Positions 47,925 through 58,196 of a stretch of DNA of 64,000 nt are shown in pieces. How positions within the stretch are numbered: the stretch's first letter is position 1; each line of letters starts with the position of its first letter. The position numbers were made by a program, and so were the translations under genes. The stretch is taken from assembly GCA_007125845.1 (NCBI GenBank), contig SLCK01000014.1, forward strand, positions 16,546 through 80,545, read 5' to 3'. The notes below the pieces were generated by a model. It was given only the letters and a program-made list of their open reading frames with translations, was not told the DNA's origin and did no database searches. This DNA is from Gemmatimonadota bacterium (lineage in GTDB: Bacteria; Gemmatimonadota; Gemmatimonadetes; Longimicrobiales; Gaopeijiaceae).

Positions 47925-49225
47925 CCACGCCTCCCTTGCACGAGCCTCCTCCTGAGGAAGGCACCGAGCCCTCCCTTCGACGAACCCGTCGTCACTTCCT
48001 CACGCCCCAGGATCCACTGGCCGAGGAGAATCGCAAGGGTCACGGAAACCACCATCGACGCCAGAGTGAGGGAGGCCTCCAGGGGGGGGACCCCTCCCAT
48101 GATGGCTTCGCGTATCAGGAGACAAACGTTCGCAACCGGTACGAGGGCGAGCATGGGGGTGAGCTCGATGTCCGGAGCTTGCAGCAGGACCGCGGGCAGG
48201 ATCACCGCGACGTAGAAGGGGGTGATCATCGACTGCCCTTCCTTGAAGCTGCGGGCGAACACGGCAAAAACCATCATTCCGGCCGCAACGAAGAGGGACA
48301 GGAGGATCGTTCCGCCCACGATCGCAAGGAACGCCTCGGGCGGAATTCCCGCCGGGAGGAGCTCGTCGGCTTCGGCTCCCAGCACCGGCTCGAAGATCCA
48401 TCGCAATGAAAGGACCAGAGCGGCCACGTTCAGCAAGCCGCCCACGGCTCCGAAGGTGGCCACGTGGAGGTACTTCGCGGCCGCCACGTTGATCCTCGGA
48501 GACGCCACGGTCATCAGGGTCTCCCAGGTGGACCGCTCCCGTTCCCCCGCGGTCGCGTCGATCGCCGGATAGAAGGCGGCGAGGGCCACGACGAGAAGCG
48601 TGAGGAAGGGCACGATGAGGGCGAGCAGGAAGCGGGTGCCCTCCTCGGCGGTGGTGAGGTCGTTGCGGACGACCGTGAAGTCGGTCCACGTACGGTCCTG
48701 CACCCCCAGGTCTCGTCTCGCCTCGTCGATCCAGTGCGTCCGGTAGGCGCCGAGCGTGGAGGCCATCCGGGCCCGAGCCGACCGGCTGCGATCGCGGGCC
48801 CCGTGATAGGCGACCCGGACGCGGAAGTTGCCTTCCAGCGAGGCTGCTGCGTCCGTAGGAGGGAGGAACTCGAGGAAGAGGTCGATGTCGCCTCTGCGAA
48901 CGGCCGCGTGGCCCGCCTCCGGGGACTCCACCCATTCGCGAACCTCGACACGCTCTCCTGCCCTGAGAGAATCCAGCAGAAGAGGATGCTCGGCGGGCAC
49001 CCCGAGTGCCCCGACTTCAATGTGGATTCGTTCAGCCTGGCCCTGAGTCACCGAAAGCGCTGAGAGCCCCGCCCACAGGAGTCCGGGATAGAGCACGAGA
49101 GGAATAATGACGCTGAAGACGACGATGCTCCGTTCCCGGAGGGCACAGCGCATTTCGTGGGCATAGAGGGTCCAGACCTGCGCGAGCTCAAGCCGCCCCG
49201 GCCTCCCTCGACCCTCGACCCTCAT
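47921..49225 (-). CDS. ABC-2 (NatB-like) transporter permease
   Basis: Start trimmed to ATG 49225, which forms an ATGA overlap with the MATE stop. Has 1 TM, a large loop and 5 TM. Stop overlaps the ATPase start (ATGA). Confidence 0.8.
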   Translation of the reverse strand: MRVEGRGRPGRLELAQVWTLYAHEMRCALRERSIVVFSVIIPLVLYPGLLWAGLSALSVTQGQAERIHIEVGALGVPAEHPLLLDSLRAGERVEVREWVESPEAGHAAVRRGDIDLFLEFLPPTDAAASLEGNFRVRVAYHGARDRSRSARARMASTLGAYRTHWIDEARRDLGVQDRTWTDFTVVRNDLTTAEEGTRFLLALIVPFLTLLVVALAAFYPAIDATAGERERSTWETLMTVASPRINVAAAKYLHVATFGAVGGLLNVAALVLSLRWIFEPVLGAEADELLPAGIPPEAFLAIVGGTILLSLFVAAGMMVFAVFARSFKEGQSMITPFYVAVILPAVLLQAPDIELTPMLALVPVANVCLLIREAIMGGVPPLEASLTLASMVVSVTLAILLGQWILGREEVTTGSSKGGLGAFLRRRLVQGRRG

Positions 49226-50637
49226 ACGCGCGCCGAGCCGACCTGCACGTTGATCCCCTTCCACTTCCCCTGCCGGAACCGAGCCACGCTAAGGACGCAT
49301 CGGGTCACATGGCCGAGCAGGATTGCGAGCCAGATGTCCCCGGGCACGAGTCCCCGCGTCGTCTCGATGATCCAGCACATCCCAAGCGGTAGGATCGCTT
49401 GAGAGACGATGGAGATGTAGAGGGGGCTACGGGTGTCGCCCATTCCCTGGAGCCCGCCGGTGTACGTGAGAGCAACGGACACGAACACCGCCGAAACGCT
49501 CAGATAGCCAAGGAGCTGGACGCTCAACTCCAACACCGCGGGTTCCTCGAGCCCGAACACCGCGAGGAGCTGATGGGGAAGAATCAGGAACCCCACGCCC
49601 AATGCGGCGGCCCCCACGACCCCGAACAAGGCGGCCGCCCGCACCCCCTCCACCGACCGTTCCGGACGTCCGGCTCCCAGATTCTGACCGGCCACCGTCG
49701 CCGCCGCGCCCATGAGTCCCACCGAGGTCCAGGTGACGAGGGAGAAGAGTTGGCCATAGGTCACCGTGTAGGCGGCCTGGGCCTCCGCGCTCAACTCGAG
49801 AGAGCCGACGAATCGGAGAAGCAGCACACCGGCGATGTTCATCACCACCCCCTGGAAGCCGGCGGGAAGCCCGAAGCGGAAGAGTTCGCGAATGAGGACC
49901 GGATCGGGTCGCCAGCGCATCGTCCGGTGGAAGGAGATGACCAGCCGGTCCGTGAAGAAGAGGGCCATTGTTCCTCCGCTCACCACGGCGCCGGCGATCA
50001 CGGTTCCCATGGCGGCGCCGGCAGTGCCGAAGGCGGGGACTGGCCCCAGACCGCGGATGAGAATCACGTTCAGGATGAGGTTCAGCACCGTCATGAGGAT
50101 CCCGATCCGCATCGGGCTCTGGGCGTCCCCGGCGGAACGCAGGGCCCCGCTCAACATGAAGAAAAGCATCATCCCGATGCTGAAGAGGAACATGATTCTC
50201 AGGTACGGGAGCGCCTCCGCCCGCACCTCCGCCGTCGCGTTCACCAGCCCGAGCAGCGCCGGGCTCATGAGGTAGCCAAGGGGCGCAAAGACCAGGAGGG
50301 AGAGTGCGGCGGCCGTGAGGAAGGCCTGGTAGACGGCACGGTTCACCTGATCGGGCCGATCGGCGCCCGCGAAACGTGCGACGAGTACCGCCATCCCCGT
50401 GAAGATGGAGGACACGAAGACGACCACCACGAGGAAGATCTGCCACGATACACCGATCGCTGCATTCCCGACGTGGCCGACGTGGTGGCCCACCATGATG
50501 TGGTCCACGATTCCCTGAAGGCCACCGACCACGTTCAGAATCACCGTGGGCCAGGCCAGCCTCCAGACCGCGGAGGGGATGGATCCTTCCACGATGGACC
50601 GATCAAAGGATCGGCGGAGCGGCGAAGGGTTGGCCAT
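49222..50637 (-). CDS. MATE-family efflux transporter
   Basis: 471 aa, about 12 TM helices. N-terminal block WRLAWPTVILNVVGGLQGIVDHIMVGH. Confidence 0.9.
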   Translation of the reverse strand: MANPSPLRRSFDRSIVEGSIPSAVWRLAWPTVILNVVGGLQGIVDHIMVGHHVGHVGNAAIGVSWQIFLVVVVFVSSIFTGMAVLVARFAGADRPDQVNRAVYQAFLTAAALSLLVFAPLGYLMSPALLGLVNATAEVRAEALPYLRIMFLFSIGMMLFFMLSGALRSAGDAQSPMRIGILMTVLNLILNVILIRGLGPVPAFGTAGAAMGTVIAGAVVSGGTMALFFTDRLVISFHRTMRWRPDPVLIRELFRFGLPAGFQGVVMNIAGVLLLRFVGSLELSAEAQAAYTVTYGQLFSLVTWTSVGLMGAAATVAGQNLGAGRPERSVEGVRAAALFGVVGAAALGVGFLILPHQLLAVFGLEEPAVLELSVQLLGYLSVSAVFVSVALTYTGGLQGMGDTRSPLYISIVSQAILPLGMCWIIETTRGLVPGDIWLAILLGHVTRCVLSVARFRQGKWKGINVQVGSARV

Positions 50638-50755
50638 ACCGGCTCATGCTACTGTGGGAGCGGGCCATCGGCCAGCCGTGAGAGACCTGAGTACAGCCGG
50701 GGCTCGGATCATCGAACGGTTCCCGCTCGGGCGGCGGGGTCCCAGACGATGGGAG

Positions 50756-51361
50756 TCAGGGCAGGTGCACCAGAACTGGCATCAGGCCAGCCAGCTTTGC
50801 CCACTCGAGGACCTCTGCGACCACCACGACCAGGGGAATCGCGAGAGAGTCACGGAGCGCCAACCTGAACCTCCGAACATCCACGACCAGCTCCTCGGAC
50901 GTGCTGGAGGGAGGCGGATCTGGAGTCGCCCGCCACGGGACCATCCGTGGGACCTGCCGACGATAGCGCTCGTACTCCGCGCCGAAGAGCGCCCGCAGTC
51001 GACGCTCCTCGGCCAGAATCTCCGGCCAGTGCGAGAGAAAGAAGACCAGAGCGAAGACCGCCCCGAGTGTGATCGACTCGAACGCCAGCCCGGCTCCGAC
51101 GAATCCCAGGAAGCTGAACAGGTAGAGGGGATTGCGAACGTATCGGTAGGGACCTCCGGTCACGAGAACTTCGTTCTTCCGACCGGCGAGGTGCACGCTC
51201 GCCCAGACTCTTCCGCCCATCGCCGCCACCAGGAGCACCAGAGCGGAGGCTCCGAGGACGGTGTCCCACAACGAGTCCTCGAGGTGAAGGTGGTGCGAGA
51301 AGACCGCGAGAAGCGCAACGGGGATCAGTAGGGTGCGCGTTATCTGCAGTCTCGGCTTCAA
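50756..51361 (-). CDS. isoprenylcysteine carboxyl methyltransferase (ICMT)-family membrane methyltransferase
   Basis: Motif TGGPYRYVRNPLYLFSFLGFVGAGL and hydrophobic helices. The track ORF (to 51619) overlaps the upstream gene. Start uncertain: TTG 51361 or GTG 51451. Confidence 0.6.
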   Translation of the reverse strand: MKPRLQITRTLLIPVALLAVFSHHLHLEDSLWDTVLGASALVLLVAAMGGRVWASVHLAGRKNEVLVTGGPYRYVRNPLYLFSFLGFVGAGLAFESITLGAVFALVFFLSHWPEILAEERRLRALFGAEYERYRRQVPRMVPWRATPDPPPSSTSEELVVDVRRFRLALRDSLAIPLVVVVAEVLEWAKLAGLMPVLVHLP

Positions 51362-51476
51362 GGTCGTTCGAGAGGTTGAGGGGATAGGCGTCGCTTGAAC
51401 TCCCGTCAAACCCGAGGCGGATGGATGCGTTCCCTCCCCACCGGACCGCACTGCACACGAGCCACCGCTCCCTCGC

Positions 51477-52094
51477 TCACCGAGTGAGCACGAGTGGCCG
51501 AGGATATCGGATGGGCCCGAGGGGAGTGCCGATCGAGGGTCGGACCTCGAAGCGCAGCTCCACCAGATCTTCGCCGATTCCCGCAATGCCGAGCGCGAGG
51601 TCGATGAGATCGCGCCCACTCCCCTGGAAGAACTCCATGAGATCGAGCTCGACCGAAACCGGCACGCGCGTCGTCTCCCCGGCCGGAAGGCTGATCTCCT
51701 CCTCCATCACCCCCCGGACCGTCTCCCGGTCCCTGAGAAAGAGGACCCAATCCAGCGCGAGGAGACGCGCGTCGGGGTTCCCCTCGGGATTGCTGCCCCC
51801 GAGCTCGACCGTCGCGGACAGCGGCAGGGTCCCCTGCGAGATCGCCGTTCCGATGCGCAGGAGATCCGCCGACCTCAGGTTCTCGTACCGGGTCAGTCGA
51901 TCCGACTCCACCCCGGCCACCCGCACGGCCGACAGCCCATCGATGTGGAAATCGACGCTCGAGAGGGCGAAGACCGACTGGAGGGTGGCACAACCTCCGA
52001 GCAGGAACACACCGAGCACGACTCCGAAGGACGAGAGAGACCAACGGTACCCTCGCCTGCTTTGCAATCCGTGCACAGTCACCCCATTTCTCAT
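51477..52094 (-). CDS. LEA_2 / WHy-like lipoprotein
   Basis: Start trimmed to ATG 52094, after GAGAGGAAGG. Lipobox VFLLGGC. Beta-rich body with LDWVLFLRDRETVRGVMEEEISLPAGETTRVPVSVELD, resembling LEA type 2. Confidence 0.55.
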   Translation of the reverse strand: MRNGVTVHGLQSRRGYRWSLSSFGVVLGVFLLGGCATLQSVFALSSVDFHIDGLSAVRVAGVESDRLTRYENLRSADLLRIGTAISQGTLPLSATVELGGSNPEGNPDARLLALDWVLFLRDRETVRGVMEEEISLPAGETTRVPVSVELDLMEFFQGSGRDLIDLALGIAGIGEDLVELRFEVRPSIGTPLGPIRYPRPLVLTR

Positions 52095-52296
52095 CTCTGC
52101 CTTCCTCTCGAAAGCTGAATCACCGCTCAACGCTACCGGGAGCCCGTCGCGAGTGGAAGGCACGGCCGCGATGACCGGCTTGCTGCCCACAGGGGCATCG
52201 TCGACCTTGTCCACCTCCGGAATTGCCCTTCCGGTCGAGGCTCCGCGACCCCCTCACGGAAAGTGACCCGATGCCGCACATCCCCCAGGAAGCGCG

Positions 52297-54654
52297 ATGA
52301 CGCCAGAGGTCGCCCTCGTTCTCGCCGTCCTCTTTGGCGCCGCCCTCCTCTTCATCACCGGGTGGCTCCGGATGGACCTCACCGCACTCCTCGTCCTGGC
52401 CGCGCTCGCGCTGACGGGAACCGTCACCCCCACCCAGGCGCTCCTCGGGTTCAGCAGCCCCGCGGTGATCACGGTGGCGGGGATGTTCGTGATCAGCGCC
52501 GGACTCGCCCGGACGGGAGTGGCTGGCACCATCGGCAGGCAGGTCCTTCGCGTGGCGGGGCGGGGCGAGCCCGGCCTGATCGCCGTGATCATGTGTACGG
52601 CGGGCATCCTCTCGGCCTTCATGAACAACATCGGTGTCGCGGCGATGATGCTTCCTGTGGTCATGGACATCGCGAGACGGACCCGTCGGCCTCCATCCAG
52701 GCTGCTCCTGCCCCTCGCCCTCGCCTGCCTGATGGGGGGCCTTCTGACCCTCATCGGAACGCCTCCGAACATCGTCGCCAGCGACGCCTTGATGATGCAG
52801 GGACTGGAGCCGTTCCATCTCTTCGCCTTCACCCCGATCGGAATGGTCATCCTGGCGGCGGGCATTCTCTTCGTGGTCGCCGCGGGCAGGCATCTCCTCC
52901 CCGAAAGGGACCCACGCAGGGAGCTCGGAGGGGGATCGTCCGCGAATCTCGTGGACAGCTACGAGCTCCACGAGCGCGTCTTCACGGTCCGGCTCCCCGA
53001 ACCCTCCCTCCTCGACGGGAAGACGTTGGCCGAGAGCAGGATGAGGTCGGCGCTCGGGCTCCACGTGCTCGCGATCCAGAGGGAGCTCGGCCCGGAGCTC
53101 GATCCCGGTCCCGAGGCCGTGCTTCGCAGCGGTGATCGCCTGATCGTCCAGGGCCGCCCCGACCTTCTCCTCGAGCTTCGAAGGGGACGCCATCTTCAGC
53201 TCGAGCGTGAGGCCGGCGTCGACCGACACCTGACGGGGACGGGCGCCGAAATGGCGGAAGCTCGAATCCCACCCGGCTCCGCGCTCGAAGGTCAGACGCT
53301 CCATCAGACGGACCTGAGGCGGCGGACCGGCCTGGCTGTCCTCGCCATCGCGGGAACGGGGGGTTTGAGACGGACGGATCTCGAGGACTCCCCGCTCCGG
53401 GAGGGCGACATTCTCCTCCTGCACGGCAATGAGGAAAGCCTGCAGGCGCTCGAGGCGATGCCGGAGCTGACAGAAATGAGGAGGCTCCCCATAGAAGAAG
53501 CGATGCGGAGCTATGATCTCGAAGACCGCCTCTACGCGCTTCGAATCACGAGCGAGTCGCTCCTCGCCGGCCGTAGCCTGCGAGAGACGAGGTTGGGCGA
53601 CGCGGCAGGGTTGATGGTGCTGGGAATCGAGCGGGAGGAGGAGACCCTCCTGGGACCGGACCCGGAGGAGGTGCTGCGTCCCGGAGATCTCCTCCTGGTC
53701 CAGGCCAGACCGGAGACCCTCCTGATCCTGCGGGGTCTTCAGAGGCTGGACATCGATGCCGAAGGGGAAGCCGTGCTCGAGGAGCTCGAATCGGAGAAGG
53801 TGGGTCTCCTCGAAGTGGTCCTCTCACCCCGAACGAAGCTGGTCGGCCAGACTCCGCGCCAGATCGGGTTTCGCGACAAGTACGGCCTGACGGTGTTGGC
53901 GATCTGGCGAGGCGGTCGGCTCCACCGCACCAACGTACGGGACATGCCGCTCGAGTTCGGAGACTCGCTGCTCCTCTTCGGGTCCCGGCGGCGGCTCCAG
54001 CTCCTGGCCCGCGAGTCGGATTTCCTCGTGCTCACCGAGGCGTTTCAACCGCCAGTCCGCGCGGAGCTGGCTCCCCTGTCCCTATCCATCCTCGCGGCGA
54101 TTCTCCTTCCCGTGCTCCTCGGGTGGATTCCCATTTCGATCGCAGTCCTGGTCGGCGCGACCGCGATGGTCCTCACAAGCTGCCTCACTGCCGATGAAGC
54201 CTACCGCGCGATCGAGTGGCCCGCAGTCATTCTGATTGCCGGAATGCTTCCCCTGGGGGCGGCGATGGACGAAACCGGGGCGGCCCGCCTCCTCGCCGAG
54301 GGAGCGATGGGCGTGCTCGGCGATCATGGCCCTCGGGCGGCCCTGGCCGGACTCTGTCTCATGACCGCGCTGGGCGTTCAGGTGATCCCGAGCGTGGCGC
54401 TCGTCGTCGTGATGGCTCCCATCGCCCTGACCACGGCAGCGGAACTGGGAATCTCCCCCCACACCCTGATGATGGGCGTGGCTCTCTCGGCGGCGAGCCT
54501 GTCCAGCCCGGTAGCACATCCCGCGAATGTGCTGGTGATGGGTCCGGGTGGATATCGTTACATCGATTACCTGAAGATCGGCGTACCATTGACCGCGATC
54601 GTGCTGGCGCTGGTCATCGGTGTCCTACCCTTCTTTCTCCCCTTCCACCCGTAG
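52297..54654 (+). CDS. SLC13/DASS-type permease with four central TrkA-C (RCK_C) domains
   Basis: 785 aa. Two hydrophobic transporter halves flank four soluble modules of about 70 aa, each ending in a GDxLxxxG-type motif (SGDRLIVQG, EGDILLLHG, PGDLLLVQA, FGDSLLLFG). Confidence 0.85.
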   Translation: MTPEVALVLAVLFGAALLFITGWLRMDLTALLVLAALALTGTVTPTQALLGFSSPAVITVAGMFVISAGLARTGVAGTIGRQVLRVAGRGEPGLIAVIMCTAGILSAFMNNIGVAAMMLPVVMDIARRTRRPPSRLLLPLALACLMGGLLTLIGTPPNIVASDALMMQGLEPFHLFAFTPIGMVILAAGILFVVAAGRHLLPERDPRRELGGGSSANLVDSYELHERVFTVRLPEPSLLDGKTLAESRMRSALGLHVLAIQRELGPELDPGPEAVLRSGDRLIVQGRPDLLLELRRGRHLQLEREAGVDRHLTGTGAEMAEARIPPGSALEGQTLHQTDLRRRTGLAVLAIAGTGGLRRTDLEDSPLREGDILLLHGNEESLQALEAMPELTEMRRLPIEEAMRSYDLEDRLYALRITSESLLAGRSLRETRLGDAAGLMVLGIEREEETLLGPDPEEVLRPGDLLLVQARPETLLILRGLQRLDIDAEGEAVLEELESEKVGLLEVVLSPRTKLVGQTPRQIGFRDKYGLTVLAIWRGGRLHRTNVRDMPLEFGDSLLLFGSRRRLQLLARESDFLVLTEAFQPPVRAELAPLSLSILAAILLPVLLGWIPISIAVLVGATAMVLTSCLTADEAYRAIEWPAVILIAGMLPLGAAMDETGAARLLAEGAMGVLGDHGPRAALAGLCLMTALGVQVIPSVALVVVMAPIALTTAAELGISPHTLMMGVALSAASLSSPVAHPANVLVMGPGGYRYIDYLKIGVPLTAIVLALVIGVLPFFLPFHP

Positions 54655-54700
54655 CCATCGCGGTGGGCCGCGAGCGGATTCGCGTCCGGAGGGCTCGAGG

Positions 54701-56128
54701 ATGAATGCACTGGTCTGGTTCCGTCGCGACCTGCGCGTCGCCGACAACACCGCCCTTCACCATGCCTCCGACGACGGTCAGCGCGCCGTGATCGGGATCT
54801 TCCTCCTGGCCCCCGGCCAGTGGCTGGAGCACGACGACGCCCCCTGCAAGGTCGACTTCTGGCTGCGGAACCTGAAGGAGCTCCGGACCGAGCTGGGTCG
54901 ACTCAACATCCCCCTCCTGGTGCGTCCGGCGGAGCGATTCCACGAGGCTCCACAGGCCCTGCTCAGAGCGGCTTCCGAACACGGTTGCGAGCTCCTGCAC
55001 TTCAATCGCGAGTACGAGGTCAACGAACAGGCGCGCGATCGGGCGGTCGAAGAGGCGTTCGCGGAACGTGGCCTCGTTGCGCGCGGATTCGACGACCGTG
55101 TGATCCTCGAGCCGGGCTCGGTCCTCACCCGCAAACATGAGTATTACCAGGTCTTCACGCCCTACCGAAACAGGTGGCGCGACACGGTTTCAGAACGGGA
55201 TGTAGACCCCCTCCCCCCTCCCCCGCGGCAGGAGCCCGCGGGCATCGACTCCGACCGCGTCCCGGAGACGGTCGAGGCGTTCGCCGCCTCGGAGGTGGAC
55301 CCCACCCTCTGGCCCGCTGGCGAGGCCCGCGCGATGGAGCGCCTCGAGGCCTTCTCGGGGGAGAAGCTCGAACGCTACGGAGTGGACCGGGACCGCTACG
55401 CACTCGATGCGACGAGCGGCCTTTCCCCCTACCTCGCCGCCGGGGTGCTCTCCCCACGACAGTGTCTGGAGGCGGCGCTCGCGGAGAACCGAGGCCGACT
55501 GAGCTCCGGCCGCGAGGGGCCGTTGGCCTGGATGGACGAGCTGATCTGGCGAGAGTTCTTCCAGCACGTTCTCGTGGGCTTCCCGAGGGTGTCCATGCAC
55601 CAGCCCTTCCGCCAGGAATCCGACCTGGTCGCATGGAACGAGGATGAGGAGCACTTCCGGGCCTGGTGCGAAGCTCGAACCGGGTATCCCGTCGTGGACG
55701 CCGCAATGCGGCAGCTCGTGCAGGTAGGGTGGATGCACAACCGACTCCGGATGATCGTCGCCATGTTCCTGTCGAAGCACCTCCTCATCGACTGGCGTCG
55801 GGGGGAGAAGTACTTCATGCGACATCTGATCGACGGAGACCTCGGATCCAATAACGGAGGGTGGCAGTGGTCGGCGTCGACCGGTACGGACGCGGCCCCG
55901 TACTTCAGGATGTTCAATCCCACGAAGCAGAGCCGGCGCTTCGACCCCGAAGGTGAGTTTCTTCGCCGCTACCTTCCCGAGCTCGATCGCCTGGGCGCCG
56001 ATTCGATCCACGAACCGGCACGGCTTCCCGAAGATGACCGGAAACGGCTGGAGTACCCGGACCCGATCGTCGATCATCAGGCCGCGCGCGAACGTGTGAT
56101 CGAGCGCTTCGAAGAGGCCCGGAAATGA
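54701..56128 (+). CDS. phr: deoxyribodipyrimidine photolyase (class I CPD type)
   Basis: Start trimmed to ATG 54701 (MNALVWFRRDLRVADNTAL). FAD-binding domain blocks WREFF, GWMHNRLRMIVAMFL, DGDLGSNNGGWQW, FRMFNPTKQ. Confidence 0.9.
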   Translation: MNALVWFRRDLRVADNTALHHASDDGQRAVIGIFLLAPGQWLEHDDAPCKVDFWLRNLKELRTELGRLNIPLLVRPAERFHEAPQALLRAASEHGCELLHFNREYEVNEQARDRAVEEAFAERGLVARGFDDRVILEPGSVLTRKHEYYQVFTPYRNRWRDTVSERDVDPLPPPPRQEPAGIDSDRVPETVEAFAASEVDPTLWPAGEARAMERLEAFSGEKLERYGVDRDRYALDATSGLSPYLAAGVLSPRQCLEAALAENRGRLSSGREGPLAWMDELIWREFFQHVLVGFPRVSMHQPFRQESDLVAWNEDEEHFRAWCEARTGYPVVDAAMRQLVQVGWMHNRLRMIVAMFLSKHLLIDWRRGEKYFMRHLIDGDLGSNNGGWQWSASTGTDAAPYFRMFNPTKQSRRFDPEGEFLRRYLPELDRLGADSIHEPARLPEDDRKRLEYPDPIVDHQAARERVIERFEEARK

Positions 56129-57183
56129 CCCGAATCCTCGCTTGCCGGGTACTCAGGGGCGGCGTACGTTCGAGCCCATTACCTCTCTACGGCGGAACCG
56201 TGACCCCTCGAACAGGCACAGAAGGTTACCACCTCCTCCAGGAGGTGTCGGAAGCGGTCCACCTCAGGATCGTCGGACAGCACGAGACCGTCCGGGGCCT
56301 CCTCATAGCCCTCCTCACCGGCGGTCATCTCTTGCTGGAGGGGCTTCCTGGTCTGGCCAAGACCCTGCTCGTCCGTTCGCTCGCGGAAGCCCTGGGCACG
56401 ACGTTCCGCCGGATCCAGTTCACGCCGGACCTCCTCCCCGGCGACATTGTGGGCACGCCGATCTACGACCAGGGACGCGGCGAATTCAGAGTGCACAAGG
56501 GACCGATCTTCGCGAACCTCGTCCTCGCCGACGAGGTGAATCGAGCTCCTCCAAAGGTTCAATCCGCCCTTCTCGAGGCGATGGAGGAGAGACAGGTCAC
56601 CATCGACGGCACCACGTACCCCCTTCCCTCCCCCTTCCTCGTGCTTGCCACGCAGAATCCGGTCGAGCACCAGGGCACCTACCCTCTCGCCGAAGCGCAG
56701 CTCGACCGCTTCATGATGAAGCTACGCATCGAGCACCCGGATCGGGATGAGGAACGTGAGATCCTGAGAAGGGTTGCGCTCGCTCCCGGAGATGCCGAGC
56801 GCCCGGTGGTCTCCTCGCCGGCGAGCGGGCCGGCGATTCTCGCGGCCCGAGGGGAGCTGGATGGTATCCACATGGACTCCAGGATACAGGCCTACATCGT
56901 GGACCTGGTCTTCGCCTCGCGCGAGCCCGCAGCCGCCGGCGTTCCGGAGCTCGAGGCCCTCCTCGAGTTCGGGATCTCTCCCCGCGCCACGATCTTCCTG
57001 ACACGGGCCGCGCGAGCCGCTGCCTTCCTGGAGGGTCGCGACTTCGTTCTTCCCGACGACGTGAAGGCGATGGCCCGCCCTGTCTTTCGCCATCGGGTGC
57101 GCCCCACCTACGAAGCCGAAGCCCAGGGGCTCGACGGGGACCTGCTCGTCGATCTCCTCCTCGCGGCGGTCCCGGCCCCTTGA
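56125..57183 (+). CDS. moxR: MoxR-family AAA+ ATPase
   Basis: Walker A LEGLPGLAKT, Walker B LADEVNRAPPKVQSALLEAMEE. ATG 56125 overlaps the phr stop (ATGA). Alternative GTG at 56200. Confidence 0.9.
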   Translation: MTRILACRVLRGGVRSSPLPLYGGTVTPRTGTEGYHLLQEVSEAVHLRIVGQHETVRGLLIALLTGGHLLLEGLPGLAKTLLVRSLAEALGTTFRRIQFTPDLLPGDIVGTPIYDQGRGEFRVHKGPIFANLVLADEVNRAPPKVQSALLEAMEERQVTIDGTTYPLPSPFLVLATQNPVEHQGTYPLAEAQLDRFMMKLRIEHPDRDEEREILRRVALAPGDAERPVVSSPASGPAILAARGELDGIHMDSRIQAYIVDLVFASREPAAAGVPELEALLEFGISPRATIFLTRAARAAAFLEGRDFVLPDDVKAMARPVFRHRVRPTYEAEAQGLDGDLLVDLLLAAVPAP

Positions 57184-58196
57184 TTCGACGAACGCTGAAG
57201 TCTCCGATTCTGGACGTTCTCCGCAGGCGGTTCGGAGCCCGCCGTGAAGTCGAGTCCGAAGGTGCCCTCAGAGTCTCCTCGAGGGCAGCCGCTCAACCCT
57301 CACCGGAGATCTTGCGCGCGGTCCGACTCCTCGATCTCCGTACCCGGAGCTTCGTCGAGTCGCTCTTTTCGGGCGACCATGCCTCGGTCTTCCTGGGCCG
57401 CGGGCTCGACTTCTCGCACGTTCGCCCCTATCAACCCGGGGACGACGTCCGTGCGATCGACTGGAAGGTCACCGCCCGCCGGGGAGCACCCTATGTCAGG
57501 CAGTTCCTGGAAGAGAGGGACCTGCTCGTCGTGCTTCTCGTCGACATCTCGGCGTCGGGGTGGAGAGGGCCGGGGGAGAAGAGCCCCGGAGAGATCGCGG
57601 CGGAAATTGCCGCGGCGCTCGCCTTCACCGCCGTGCGCAACCACGACCGCGTCGCCCTCCTCCTGGTGAGCAGAGAAGTGGAGCGCTTCGTGCCGCCGCG
57701 CTCTGGACGTCGACACGTGATGCGCGTCCTCACGGAGATGCTTTCGCATGTGCCCTCCTCCACGGATACCGATCTCACCCCGGGACTTGAACACGTGGCC
57801 CGCTCGCTGTCGGGACGTGCCACCGTCTTCGTCCTGAGCGACTTCATCCAGACGGGACCCCATGACCCGTTCGTCGCTTCGCTCAAGCGGGCGTGCCGTG
57901 CCCACGATGTGATCGCGATCAGACTTTCGAGTCGGGCAACCGACGAGCTGCCCAGCGTTGGGTGGGTGGAGCTGACCGATCCCGAAAGTGGGCGACGTGT
58001 GGTGGTCGACACCGGAGACCGCAAGGTGAGCGAACGTTACCGGAAGCGAGTGCTCCGCGCTCACGCGAGGACCGCGAGCCTCCTGGCGGAGGCGGGAGCG
58101 GAGCTGGTGGACGTGGACAGCGCTGGCGATCCGCTGGCCGTGCTTTCGGACTTCCTGCGAAGGAGACGACTCCGGCGACGGAGCCTGCAGCCATGA
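57180..58196 (+). CDS. DUF58 (vWA-like) protein, MoxR partner
   Basis: 338 aa. Signature RPYQPGDDVRAIDWKVTARRGAPYVRQF. Start overlaps the moxR stop. Confidence 0.85.
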   Translation: MIRRTLKSPILDVLRRRFGARREVESEGALRVSSRAAAQPSPEILRAVRLLDLRTRSFVESLFSGDHASVFLGRGLDFSHVRPYQPGDDVRAIDWKVTARRGAPYVRQFLEERDLLVVLLVDISASGWRGPGEKSPGEIAAEIAAALAFTAVRNHDRVALLLVSREVERFVPPRSGRRHVMRVLTEMLSHVPSSTDTDLTPGLEHVARSLSGRATVFVLSDFIQTGPHDPFVASLKRACRAHDVIAIRLSSRATDELPSVGWVELTDPESGRRVVVDTGDRKVSERYRKRVLRAHARTASLLAEAGAELVDVDSAGDPLAVLSDFLRRRRLRRRSLQP

